Positions 37,881 to 50,800 of a DNA stretch of 64,000 bases are shown one piece after another (the stretch's first letter is position 1; each line of letters starts with the position of its first letter). Made by a program: the position numbers and the translations under genes. The notes beneath the pieces were generated by a model. That model had not been told where the DNA came from, did not search any database, and saw only the letters and a list, made by a program, of their open reading frames with translations. This DNA comes from Leucoraja erinacea. Its lineage: Eukaryota. The DNA is taken from the NCBI RefSeq assembly GCF_028641065.1, contig NC_073380.1:89528001-89592000 (forward strand), read 5' to 3'.

Positions 37881-39694
37881 TAGAGCATGACCTAATTTAA
37901 ACATATTTAAAGTTTTAAGTATATGTTGGTCCTTCATCATGTCAATGTATGGCAAATGCAATTTTTTTGTTTAGTTAAACGTTTCCGTAAACAAGTCAGA
38001 GATTTCAATTGACAATAATAAATAGAGGTCTCCTGATTTGCTTACAAGTAACAGCCAAATTGGATTTGTCATAGCAAAGCAGCAGTTGCAAACAACCTGA
38101 GGGTGTGAAATGACTCTGAAGTTGACTGCAGCAGATTTATGGAGCAATATCTTTTAACTTTAGTGGTGGAATTGATATAATTTTGCTGAAAACAAAACTT
38201 TTGTGCATTTTGCAATAAAACTGGCATGGTGGTAGTTCCATTGTTTGGATGCTTTTGTGTTATTACCTTGAATTGTATAGATTGTATTACACCAAAACAG
38301 GCCATTTGGTGCAAGTAATCCATCTGTGTTCATTCCACGAGTTTCTCATCTGCTGCTTCTCGGCAAGTTCAGTGCAGGACAAACTGCATCATTTAGGTGT
38401 GTCTATACAGCTTGCATTAGCCACTCTATTTGAAAGCATGTTCCAAACCTGGATAAAGAGGTTTATTTTGAATTCTCCCCTCTATTTATTGGTGTTAGTT
38501 ATATTTTTACAGCAACCTTGATGTCCCATTCAATTGAAAACAGAGCTGTGCTCAACTTATCAATCCTTTCCATAATCTTAACATTTTGGGTCATCCAAGA
38601 GATAATATCAGATTGCAGCACGGGAGCCACTTGCCTTACTGAGTCCAGGTCACATCTATGTAAGAACGATGCAACAAATGTTACTCCCCAGCCTTCCTTT
38701 TTCTTGTACGTCGGCAATTTCTTCCCTCTTCAGGATCTTATTCAGTTCCCAGATGATTCAGTCTTTCTTGCTGGGTATAACCTTTCGTCTCCACAACCAT
38801 CACTGAGCTTCCTGCTTCCTGTTAGAAATGCTGTCAGTATCTGGGCAGGCATAAAGCAGGAAGTTTTGAAATGAGTTTGGAGGAAAAATCCGGCTGTGCA
38901 CAGTTTTCTGATGAGCATTGGTATTGGATGTAGCACAAGCACACATTTAAGTTGTCTGCAAAGTTGAAAAAATAATTGCATGCTTTTGTAGGGGGAGCGT
39001 CTCTGAAACATCAGGGAAATAAATGCTGCTTTTTGAGATTATCTGCGAAAATGATTGTGCTGCCCAATTTATTCCCTTTCACACAATAGCATATGGCACT
39101 ACCTTGTTATTTTTGATGAATTTCCTGGTAGATGCCTACAAATGTGGTCACGAGTCTGTAAATTAAAAATGCCAGTACCTTTTTGATGATGTGATGATTG
39201 CCAAGGCATACCAATTAGTCTCTTTGTCCTGTGAATTGAGAGGTTTCAAGATCAGGCTGCTTCAATTGATTCAAGATTTTAATATTTTCTGATTGCTTTT
39301 TTCCTTCAATCCAGTCATTCATTATTAACTCAGTCTTTCTCTCCACTAGTTCTTTGACCCATTGTTGATTCCACTGTTCAATAAAATCCTGCTTGCCATG
39401 CTGCCTTTCTATTATTAACCCACACTTAGCAAATGTTAGCAAAGTTTTTTAGCTGAAAGTATAGTAAAAAAGTTCACTTCATAGTAGGTACTGTGAGATG
39501 CACATCCACATTCTGCTGTATTAACACTCTGCATTCTATTAACAATTTGCATTCCCACTATTTTGTTTGATTTTTCTCTAGCCTCTTCCAAGCATCTTTT
39601 CTAGCAAAGCATTTAAAACTGCCAGCACTAAGAAATTGTTTTGATAAGATGTGAAAAGGAAGTGAGGTCTAATTATTATAATGTTATTTTTCAG

Positions 39695-39808
39695 GTCTTG
39701 TATCAACAATTCAAGTTTTTCTTGAATCTTTATTTTCTGGTCGTATCATGTTCACAGTTTGTCCCATCATTGAAGATAGGCTATCTATATACATACTGGG
39801 CTCCTCTA
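39695..39808 (+). CDS. ATP9B: ATP9B coding exon (exon 4 equivalent, TM1-TM2)
   Basis: ttttcag / gtaagt, phase 0. Translates [38 protein letters not shown]. Confidence 0.97.
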
Positions 39809-40213
39809 GTAAGTAAAAATTTGTCTTCTCCTGTACTATGCTTTTAAACTGTTACCTTTGCAAATAATAAAACATTTCTGAAATTATAGAAATTGTAGGA
39901 AATCCAACCTTTAATTGCTTTCAATCGTACACTGCAAATCTTTTTAGCATCTTTTTAAGCAATTTGAAACGAGTGGAACCAGAAATTTGAGGGAATTATC
40001 CCGTCTTAAATAGTAAGACATTTTTAGGGTGTATTTATTTGGTGACAATAAATAATGAGAACAGATTTAAATAGTCATGGAATATATTCTGCAAATGCGT
40101 CAAAACATGATACCATTGAACAACAAATATAAGTTGTGTCAAGCTACCGAGGTTACACGTCATCAAATATCCTGTTTACACTGTAAATAAATTGTTGTGT
40201 TTGTAATAAAAAG

Positions 40214-40438
40214 AAAATGCAGTTGCTGGTTTATACTAAAGATAGATACAAAGTGCTGGAGTAACTGGATCAAGCAGCATCTCTGGAGAAAGTGGATGCG
40301 TGAAGTTGCAGGTCGGTACTCTTCTATAGACTCTTTCACACCATTCAGGGTCCTGGCCTGAAATGTTACCTATCCATTTTCTCCAGAGATGCTGCCTGGC
40401 CTGCTGAGTTTCACTCCAGCATTCTGTGTCTATCTTCA
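40214..40438. mobile_element. Inverted Penelope pLTR pair (older)
   Basis: agatagatacaaagtgctggagtaac... mirrored by ...ctccagcattctgtgtctatctt. Confidence 0.7.
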
Positions 40439-40790
40439 GTTTTGGTTCCATTGATTCCGTCTAAATTATAATCCCGGGGACCCACGCACGCGGTTCTTAA
40501 ATGGTCCTCAAAGTTTATGACCATTCCAAACATCTTCAGTCCTTGAAAATAATTAATTTAAAATAAATTTGTTTCTTTGCCTCACTGGTTTTTCTGAAAA
40601 CTTATGATTGCTTATCCTGGAACAAATTAATTTTAATCAATAGCTTCAGGCCAAAGATTGTGCCTATGTAAAACTCTCTGAGCTGGCATTTCTCACCAGA
40701 GTTGCAAACCAACAGTGCACAGATAAGAGTTTAAATCCTCCCATAGCAGTAGGAGAAGTTGTGAAATAACCCCATTATATTTATTATGTT

Positions 40791-40917
40791 TAAGAAGTAA
40801 CTGCAGATGCTGGAAAATCGAAGGTGGACAAAAATGCTGGAGAAACTCAGCGGGTGAGGCAGCATCTATCGAGCGATGGAAATAGGCAACGTTTCGGGTC
40901 GAGACTCTTCTTCAGAC
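40791..40917 (-). mobile_element. 127-bp Penelope pLTR mini-element with a 13-bp TSD
   Basis: tatttattatgtt at 40778-40790 and 40918-40930. The minus strand begins gtCTGAAGA-a-gagt-ctcg-accc-GAAAC-GTT. Confidence 0.85.
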
Positions 40918-42121
40918 TATTTATTATGTTCTTTTTAGAGCAGGTAGCATTACTAGCTCTTACTCCAAGCCCACTGCAATATGGTTGATTCTTAACCACC
41001 TTCTGAAGGCATTTAGGCAATGAGAGTAAATGCTGACACAACAGCTACAATTGCATCCAGCAAATGGCGTATGGGTTGCAACTACAGGCAACGCAATCTT
41101 TTACAGCTTGGCATGAGTCTGTAATACAAGTTGAAATTTGCAATGCCAGACGAGCATATGCCCAAATGGTTGACTATGACTCCAGCTGTAGCTGTGTGAC
41201 TTTGGTTTGTGATGTACATTCACAAACACTACACTATCAAAAAAAATCCAGGAACTAGAACTATGAAATGAAAACTGAAAATCTACAAATATTCTGCCAT
41301 GCAATATCTGTGGAGAGGGGTAAAGAGTTAATGTTATCTCCTCTCTTTACAGAAGCTATTTGATCTGAGTATATCCACCTTTTCTACTTTTATTTTCCAT
41401 GACTCTACCACATTCATGCATAATGTTTAACTCCAGAAGACTTGTACTGTGAGGCTTTGTCACTGGATTTGTTTTTTTCTGCTGTGCCAACATTTATTCT
41501 TGCTGTCTAATTGCCCATGAAATGAGCCGCGTTTCAGATGGTGGTTAAGAATCAACCATATTGCAGTGGACCTGGAAATACATAGGCAAGAGGAGGTAAG
41601 ATTTCCTGCTCTCAAAGACACAATGCACATGATGGATTTTTACTTACAAATTCCCATGTTGCTGTGGCAGTATTTAAACTCTTTGGGCTGTCCGACTGCA
41701 CCTCTGGATTGCTATTCTCTGAACAAAATTGCAATGCCTTTTTTTTTTCTGTTATTGTTCCCCTTGCATGGCAGTCCATCAGCAACCCAACTTTTCATAG
41801 AAGGTATGCAGCTTGTATAGTAAAACACTTGCAGCTGCAAACATAAGCATATTCATGTTGAAAGTATGATATTTTAAAAACTTCATTAAAGGTCCCAGAC
41901 AGCAGCTCTAAAAATTCACAGCAGCCTAAAATGATTATCTGGATACCTGCCTACTGAGGGTGAGGGCACATTTAAGTACTGCTGTTCCAGACTGCTGTTT
42001 CCTAAGTGATCTCTATTTCATTGCTTGAACTTGAGAATGGTTGAATAAAATACTGCTTGGTACCAATTTTCCATGAGGGGGTCTGATTTGAGCTCAGCTC
42101 CTGTTTTCATTTTAGTGTGGC

Positions 42122-42151
<30 letters not shown>
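42122..42151. repeat. (TAT)n microsatellite
   Basis: Direct reading. Confidence 0.95.
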
Positions 42152-42152
<1 letters not shown>

Positions 42153-42414
42153 AATTGTTAGGGAGCTCTTGGAGCACCTAAACAATTATAACTCCATCAA
42201 GATTCCACTATAAAGTTTGTTGAATGCTAATTATGTGGGGTAACATAAAAAGTATAATTTTTGTTCCTAGCTGGATCCCAAACAGTTGGAAAAATTATGT
42301 TAAAAGACTATCAACGTTTAGCTTAATTATGCCAACCCTATAAAAAAAATATTTTTGTTTGCTCAATATATTTTTGTCATGCTATTTTTTTCTCTTGGCG
42401 AAAGCAAAAACAAA

Positions 42415-42910
42415 AATGATGTTGTCAAGCTGGAAAGGATACAGAGAAGATTTGTGGATGTTGCCGGGACTGGAGGGACTGATCTATAGGGAGAGATGTT
42501 GAGTAGGCTGGGACTGTATTCCTTGGAGCGCAGGAGGATGACGATCTTATAGAGGTGTATAAAATCTTGAGAGGAATAGATCAAGTAGATGCACAGAATC
42601 TCTTGCCCAGAGTAGGTGAATCGAGGACCAGAGGGCATCTGAAGTGGAAAAGATTTAATAGGAATCTGAGTGTGAACTTTGTCACACAAAGGGTGGTGGC
42701 TGTATGGAACGAGCTGCCAAAGGAGGTTGTTGAGACGGGGACTATCCCAACATATCAGAAACAGTTCCACAAATATATGGACAGGACAAGTTTGGAGTGA
42801 TATGGGACAAATGCATGCAGGTGGGACTAGCATAGCATAGCATAGGACATGTTGGTTGATGTAGGCAATTTGTGCCGGTGGGCCTGTTTCCATGCTGTAT
42901 GACTCTATAT
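42415..42910 (+). mobile_element. CR1 3' fragment
   Basis: YKILRGIDQVD...SRTRGH...TQRVVAVWNELP, with a ggcctgtttccatgctgtatgactctat tail. Confidence 0.85.
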
Positions 42911-43018
42911 CAAGTAATTTGTATTTTTGAATCTAAATTATTTTTGTCACTGGGTTGCTGGTACATCTTGGGCATTAATATTTTGATTTCCAATAATGTT
43001 TAATCTTTTTTTTAATAG

Positions 43019-43127
43019 GGCTTTGTTATGGCAGTGACAATGATTCGAGAAGCATTAGATGAATTTCATCGCTATCAACGAGATGAGGAAATGAATTCGC
43101 AGTTCTACAGCAAGCTTACCATACGAG
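43019..43127 (+). CDS. ATP9B: ATP9B coding exon (exon 5 equivalent)
   Basis: Poly-T tract with aatag acceptor, gttaga donor. Translates [36 protein letters not shown] plus 1 nt. Confidence 0.96.
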
Positions 43128-43641
43128 GTTAGAATGTTCCTCCAAGAATACTACAATAAAATCTGTTAGATGGTTTAGCAAGTAGCTTCTAGTTTGGGGA
43201 ATTTTCTGCAGTCGGCAATGATCCTGATTCTGAATATTGTTTTTTTTTTTGTTAATACCATGCAACTTTAAGATGTTCCCTCTACGGTCAAATAATGCCT
43301 GCACAAGAAAATACAGTAAGCAGATAACAAAGGGACATAGTTAAATGATAGTTGAAATTGATCCAGTGCATAGAAGCAGAATTACATTTAATGTTCCAAT
43401 TTACAATATTGCAGAAAAACATTTGTTAATGTGGTTTCTTCAACTTTCATTTGCTGAATGGTATTATTACGCTTTTCTTGTTGGATGTTCTGCAGTATAC
43501 AAATGAATTGTTTTGGATTGTTTTGTGCTCCAATGAATTTTGACTAAAATTTTGGGAAAATATATATCTAGCATAATATGTTGTATGCAAATATCATTTA
43601 TATTTGAATTAAACTACATTTTACTGCAATAACGGCATTAT

Positions 43642-44943
43642 AAGCGAGTTAGGTATCCAAAAAAACACAAGGAATCATGGGATTTGTCAAAGGTCAAAAG
43701 CAATAACGGTAAATAGATCTCGGCGCTATAGATTACAGTGAGCATACTTTTGGCCTGATTTTTTTTGTTTTGTTTATTTTTTTGTCTTTTTTTAAACTTC
43801 TATTTGGCATGGCTGATTCAAAGTACCAAGATATGAAGCTAGAAGATTTTATGTCATGGAAAGTCGATGCTTTGAAGATTTTTTTAGTGGAGAGGGGGTT
43901 TTAAAAAAAAAGGGAAGAAAAGCTGAACTTGCAGCTCTTGCTATATGCAGCTCTTGCAGCAATTTAAATCAGTACAAAGAACTCATTAAAGTCTATTGAA
44001 AGTTATAGAAATCATACATTTAATTTCATTCCCCACCCTCAAGAAAAAAATATAAAAAATGCTCACTAAAAGAGGCATGAACCAATAAAAACGAGAAAAA
44101 ACATTGCAGCTTTGTACATAGGCAAAATAAATGCAACTAATTAATAGTTTTAAAACAGTATTTCCTTAACTAGAATAATGAAAGATCGAAAATATGGAGG
44201 AAATAAAGCCCTGTTTACACAAAGCAGCTCAGCGCCGCTCAGTGACCGGGGGAGGGGGGGGAGAACCGGGCGGGGGACTGGACCGGCTCTCATCCGCAGA
44301 ACCGCACCTCATTTGCACCCAGGATCGAACCCGTGCCCCCGCAGCCGCAAGTGCTGCAGAACCGCCTCTGGACCATCCCCGGTTCTTTCCCCCCCCCCCC
44401 CCACTCAAGTGTCCCATCCCTGCCCAGGGGGTGGCTGGAGACGTCCGGACCGACGGGATACCAGCCCCCAGGAACCCACACACCCACAGCCAGTGCCAAC
44501 TCCAGCCCAATCCCACTCCAACTCCAGAGGAACCTGCTACAGATGGGCTACTACGGCGACAAGTGCCAGTTCGCCTGCGCCTGGCCGAGCTGCGCTCTGC
44601 CCCTGTGGTACCCGCTGCCACTTCATCCAGCCACGGCTGCCCATCTTCAGCAGGATCTCTGTCAGTCAGAGGTGGAGGTGGAGGGCTGCCGGCCAACCTG
44701 GCAGAGCTGAGCTGGAGTTATCGGCTGCAAGTCCGGGGCTGCCCCGCCAGCCCAGGGCCACCCCGGACACCTCTGGACAGGGACGGGACACCGGGGAGGG
44801 GATGAGGGTGGCCCAGCAGCAACAAGAGCACCCCGACCACTCACGAAACACAAGCCTGCACACAATGCAGCACCACCATTGTGAGACTTTATAGCTAGTG
44901 ACCTATGACCTGGGCATGCACAGTCGGAATACCAAACTCGCTT
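43642..44943. mobile_element. Non-autonomous TIR DNA transposon, ISL2EU/Harbinger-group-like
   Basis: AT|aagcgagttaggtatcc ... gaataccaaactcgctt|AT (17-bp imperfect TIR, AT TSD). Contains a SAP-like relic from 43809: MADSKYQDMKLEDFMSWKVDALKIFLVERG/LKKKGRKAELAALA. Confidence 0.65.
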
Positions 44944-46535
44944 ATTAAGAATGGATGCTGCCATGGAATTCTCCACTGTTTAATTGGTAAATAAAGCATG
45001 AAATGTTTATCTTATGGAATTAATAAAAAGCAATTTAAGAAAACAAAATAGTAGTGAAATGATGTAGATTCTTCATCTCATTGTGTGTTGGGACTGATAT
45101 GATAAAACAACCCTGAAAGTCTAATTGGTTTCTTTGGTGTATCAAGATGTGACCAATTTAAAATAAGTATAGCTCAAAGAGTCAGGACCTTGACATGACT
45201 TCTTTGCAGACATGAAGGTTTCAGGCACTTGGGTATTTAAAAACAGAAAATTGAATTTGTTTTTGCCTAGTAATTTGCAGGTTAAAAATTCTGAGATGAA
45301 ATCTACATTACAGAGGGCTAGTGTGAAATCTGTAACAAGGAATGGAACGTGGTAGTTTCTGTGGGAATTGCTTCCTGACTTCCATAAATAGGTATTAAAT
45401 GGCTGTATCTGATATGACCTAAGGAACAAGAGTTTTATCCATGCAGCTTCCCATTAGTTTCCTGTGGCCTTGTGCCCAGTATTATAATTGGAGTTAGGCC
45501 TACAGGATTAGATACAAGGTTCAGCAAATTGAAAAATAAACCTTGGGAAACTATTTTATTAAAATGACCACAGAACAGTAAACAGGATGAATTTCTACTC
45601 GTAAACTTATACACATTCCAAGGAGGTTTCATGAAATTTACACAATGTGTTCTATTACACACATAATGACAAGATATCTTAATGATCAAATATTACATGA
45701 ACAGAAATTTGATGTAGTTAAGTTCCTACCATTTATGTGCATCATTGTGATCTGATTGCTACAGTAAGTTAATAAAACAGTGATAAAGATGTTCCATTTT
45801 CTTTCAAATGTTAAAAATAGCTAAGAGGTTTGGCACAGATTTATTATTTACAAGTGCATTCTTGATTACATTTATTAACCGTGGAAATAACAATATTTTT
45901 AAAGCAACTCTAGTAAGTTTTAAAAATGTTATGCATGATATTGACCATCTGAATTTTTCACCTTGCCAGGGTCTTCATAAGGAACAAAATAAAACTAGTT
46001 AGTTTTGCTAAGAGTACATCACCTCCTTAATACAAAGCACTGACCTTAATATTGATCACAGATAACATAAGAACATAATAGGAGCAAGAGTAAGGCCACT
46101 TGATCTGCAAGCCTACCCAACCACCTAATATGATCGTGATTTACTCTGTCTCTCCCCTTCTGTGGGAAGTAGCAACCCCCCCCCCCCCCCCCCCCCCCCC
46201 CCTGTCACCTCCAAATGTCATACACCTGTCCAGTCATTTGTGAGTGTTCCACTAGTAGAAAGATCTTAACTTCTGTCATCATTACCCCTCAGGATCTTGT
46301 ATGTTACAATAAGATCACCCCTGATGTTTCCTGCTCTGTTTAAAAAGAGTATGCAGTTTTCTTTAATGTTCCTTTCCTCAAAGCAGTAACAATAAAGACA
46401 ACGCCTGGAAGTAGAAATCATGCTCTTTTTACTGATATTCAATCCGATATATTGCTACATTGTCCTGTTATAGGTATCTGACGATTCAACAAATATGAGA
46501 CTGCTCAATATATGTTGTTTTTTTTTTATGTACAG

Positions 46536-46594
46536 GTAAAGTGCAGGTGAAGAGCTCTGATATCCAGGTTGGAGATCTTATTATAGTTGAGAAG
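46536..46594 (+). CDS. ATP9B: ATP9B coding exon (exon 6 equivalent, start of actuator domain)
   Basis: tacag / gtgtgt. The phase-1 junction completes Gly. Translates KVQVKSSDIQVGDLIIVEK. Confidence 0.95.
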
Positions 46595-46917
46595 GTGTGT
46601 ATTTGCTGCATTTATTGCAATGGTTTTTCATATTATGAGCCAACTTTTTTTTCTAAATCCTTCACTGTGCTTCCTATCGCAATAACTATCAAATAAAATT
46701 CATTAAAATTCAAAAGAAAATAATTATGATTTTACTGTTGATAAAACAGTATTTCTATAATTGCGTTGTGCTGCAGAGAATTTGGAAAGTATCTGAGGCA
46801 TGAATCGGGGAGTCTTAAATAATATTCAGGTCCTTTTATATTTGTCATTATTTGACAACTGTTATCCATGGATGCAAGGAGATGTTACTGCTGTAATAAT
46901 GCATAAAGTAATTGTAT

Positions 46918-47227
46918 TCCCAGTGGTGTAGCTGGTAGAGCTGCTGCCTCACTGAATCAGCAACCCAGATTTGATCTTGACCTCAAGTGCTATCTGTGCA
47001 AACTTAGCTTTTTCTCCCTGTGCCTGCATGGTTTTCTTCTGTGCTTTGGTTTCCTCCCAAAGAGGTGTGGGTTTGTAGGCGAATTGGCATTTGTAAAATT
47101 GCCCCTAGTGTCTGGGGAGTCGATAAGAATATGGGATGGTAGAATTAATATGAATGGACAATCAGTGGTCGGCATGGAATTGGTGGGCCAGAGGGCCTGT
47201 TTCCATGCTGTGTTTCTAAACTCTAAG
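46918..47227 (+). mobile_element. tRNA-derived V-SINE (HE1/HER1-like) with CR1 tail
   Basis: A-box-like gtggtgtagctggtagagc, V-domain-like ggtttcctccca..aaag..gtg, and tail gggcctgtttccatgctgt..tctaaact. Confidence 0.75.
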
Positions 47228-47671
47228 CTATTATGTCTTGATATGAGAATGAGATATTGATTTATTGAGCAAAACACAAAGTGCTCGAGGAAATCAGTGG
47301 GCCAGACAGCATCTCTGGAAAGAATGGATAGACTATTCTATGGAAGTGTCCATATGGTCATAATAAAAAGTTAGCAATGTGGTAACACAAGGAGGCAAGC
47401 ATGATCATTTTGTTAATAGTGAAAGATGAGGAAAGTGCACGATATGAAGATGTTAGTTGTGGGACATGCAGCCAATAGATATGTCTCAAGGTGTGCACAT
47501 TGCTGCACTTGTTCCATAGAACAGCCAGTGATGATTTCTATTTCCCCACAAAGTTGAGCTTAAGTTCTTTTTTATTTCTTATGCCTGTCAAAACTTTGTC
47601 ATTGTGTTGGGTGCATTGAAATATTCATCCTTTCAAAGTTCCAAATATTCTTCTCCTTCTCCTTCTCTTCC

Positions 47672-47705
<34 letters not shown>

Positions 47706-47829
47706 ACCCCTCCTCCCCTCACCGTCTAGTACCACAGATGCCTAGTGCAAGAAACGGGCAACAAAGCACTAATTTGAAGCACAAAGTGCTGTATAATGTG
47801 GGCCCATAATTTAAAACATTTAGCAGAAG

Positions 47830-50800
47830 ATTTTACTTCGGAGTCACGTGAGTGACTATGTGAAGAACCCCGCCAGGACGCATGCGTGTCATATCGCTAC
47901 ACGCATTGCAACGAGTCACAGCAGGAGGAACGACGTTCCCCTTAGCGGCAAAATTGAAAGCCGGGAACAGCAGGTAAGGAGACTCTGCGTTCCTTCCACT
48001 TACCTTACAGGTGGAGACATGGACCAGATCCACGAAGGCTGCGGGAAAGCTGGCGGGGGAGAACCGCGTAGTTGCGGGCAGCCGGCAGCAGCAGCCAACG
48101 GCACGCCAATCTTCCGTAATGGGAACATCTGTGCCCGACTTCGCTCCCAAAGCAAAAAACCAACAGTCATTGACTCCGATGAGTCTGACTCTGAATAGCC
48201 GCGAGCGGCCAGTGCCCATGCGCATTGCAGCCGGTTGGAACGGCTTTAGGAGCAGCCACGAGCAGCCAGTGCCCGTGAGCATTGGAGCCGGTTGGAGCGG
48301 CTGCTGGAGGAAATACTCCAAAGTGGCAGGCTCCGGGAGATGGAGGCTAGCTACAGTGGGCAGCTAGTAAGCCCCACAGCAGTACCTCTTGTGGGGCTGC
48401 ACAGTGTTTCTCCCTCATCAGAGGGGAGCACGGAGGGTCAATCCTGGGCTGAGTGCTGGAGCAGGAGCGGCTTCAACAGCAGCCACGACGGCCAGTGCCC
48501 GTGAGCACTGGAGCTGGTTAGAGCGGCTGCAGGAACTGAAGCAGCAGCGAGTGGCCAGTGCCCGAGAGCATTAGAGCCAGCTGGAGCGGCTGTTGGAGCA
48601 GGTAAGTGGCAGGCTCCGGGCAATGGAGACTAGTCACCGGGGGCAGCAAGTAAGTCCTACAGCAGTACCTCTTGTAGGGCTGCACAGGGTTTCTCCCTCA
48701 TCAGAGGGGAGTATAGGGGGTCAATTCTGGGCTGAACCTGAAGAGGGGTGCAGAACATACCCCTAGTGCACATGGGGTGCAAGAAAACCTATTGGAAGAC
48801 ACTTACCGTCAGGGAACTGCAAAACACTGAATGTTCCCAGTGTCAACCAGTGTATTTGAAAACCTGGCAGAGCCAGGGACTTGAAACAACAGAAAGTTCT
48901 GAAAGTCCTAACAGTGGGAATTACGGTTTTCGCCCGCACAATAAACAAAAAAGACATGACACAAGATCATCAGGATGCACTGGCTTTATTTTGCAACTAC
49001 CAATACGAGTGAACAGCATTAGAAGAAGAGCCATCCAACCGGCTTTAGACCCTAATTTGCAGGCCTATGCAAACCTGGAACCTCCAAACCACCACTATTA
49101 CTATTTGGAGGCAACTTATCAAAACAGGTAAAAGAACTTGACAAAGAGGGTAAAACCCTGCGGCTCATTAAAGCAACGTCTAAAAACTACTTCCTGGGGA
49201 ATGCGCTAACCCTCAACATCGACCCAACTACAGATCCAGACACCGGCACCTCAACGTCCACGGAGGATGCCGAAAAAGTAACAAACCTACCAATAGTAAC
49301 CATGGAGGTAGGTGGGTCTGGTTCCTTACGAGGTTGGTGGGAGATTACAATTCTATCTGGATGCATGGAATAAATTAACTATTTTCAGAAGTACAGGTGC
49401 ACAACCTTTTATCCGAAAGCCTTGGGACCAGACACCTTTCGTAATTCAGAATTTGTCGGTCTTCGGAATGGAAATTTTTTTGCGTAGATTTTAATGGCTG
49501 GCTCAGTGGTAGAGTGCTCGGCTCATATCCGCAAGGTCGCGAGTTTGCGCCTTGATCCCGGCAGAAGAAGTTGGAGCGGGGCTGGGCTGGGCTGCTGCTG
49601 GCTGTGGGTCTCTGGGATCTCTGTGCTTGCGGTGGGCCTGGTGGTCGACGTCCAATTGGTCCTGACGTCTCCGGTGACTGCACTGACCTGCAGCCATCGC
49701 CGTCGTGAAGACAGTACAAAGCCCCCACGCCGGTGCAATGAGCGGGGAGCTGGAGAGGGGAGGGAAGGGGTCACACACATGGCCGGGAAGCAGAGGGGTG
49801 TAGGTGGGGTGAAACTGAAGGGAGCGACAATTTGCTGCTGCCTGCACGCTGAGTTAAAAAGTTCCCACGCAAGACTCACGATACTGTGTATCGTGTCTAC
49901 CGTGGGAACTTTTTAAACTCAGCGGGCAGGTAGCAGCATATTGTCGCTCCCTTCAGTTTCACCCCACCTACACCCCTCTACTTCCCGGCCATGTGTGTGA
50001 CCCCTTCCCTCCCCTCTCCAAACCAAATGTTCGTGCTTACAGGCAAAGAAAAAATCAAAAGCACATGCTGAACTACAGTGCCCATATAAAAAAGGAGTAA
50101 TGGAGGATATCCAACACGAATCGCAGGAATTCGTGTCCAAAATCTTTATCATAAACTAGATGGTGGTTGCCACATCATCATAGATTTGACTAATTTGAAT
50201 ACTTTCATACTATATATTCATTACTAGATGGGAACCTTTGTTACTGCTAAGCAATTGATTCCTAGGTTACCACATGGCAAGCATCGTATTAAAAGATGCT
50301 TACTATATAGTACCCATTAGAGGTTACCACAGATGTTATTTAACACAATGGATCATCTGCGGTACACCCTTAACACAGTTCACATGTCAGTGACTTTGCC
50401 GAAAGAAAAGGTTACAGCCTTAATGGAGGCTTGCAGCAAAACAAAACCATCCATCAGACTGGTAGCAAGAATAATTGGCATTATAGTTGCTGCGTTTCCA
50501 GCCACACAAATCGGACCTTTACATTATCAAAAATTACAGAGGGCAAACATTCGTGCACTCAAAAAGTATGGGGGTCATTCTGACAGACCAGTGAAGGCTA
50601 CCAACAGAGGCCACAATGGAACTAAAATGGTGGAAACATAACATTAGGCATTGTTCCGTTCCAAACATTATCAGCTATCCGTCTATGGAACTACATACTG
50701 ATGTCAGTGCACTTGGATGGGATGCTACCAATTCCAACTCCAGCTGTGGGGGAGATGGAATGTACAGGAGGCATCATTATTACAAACAATGGGCATAAAC

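Noticed and set aside
44178-44894. 238-aa ORF as a host gene
   Set aside because: GC-rich sequence open in several frames with no recognisable domain, lying inside a TIR element.
49496-49563. Functional tRNA-Met gene
   Set aside because: The acceptor stem and T-arm (GTTCRA) are not intact, and it lies within a repeat.
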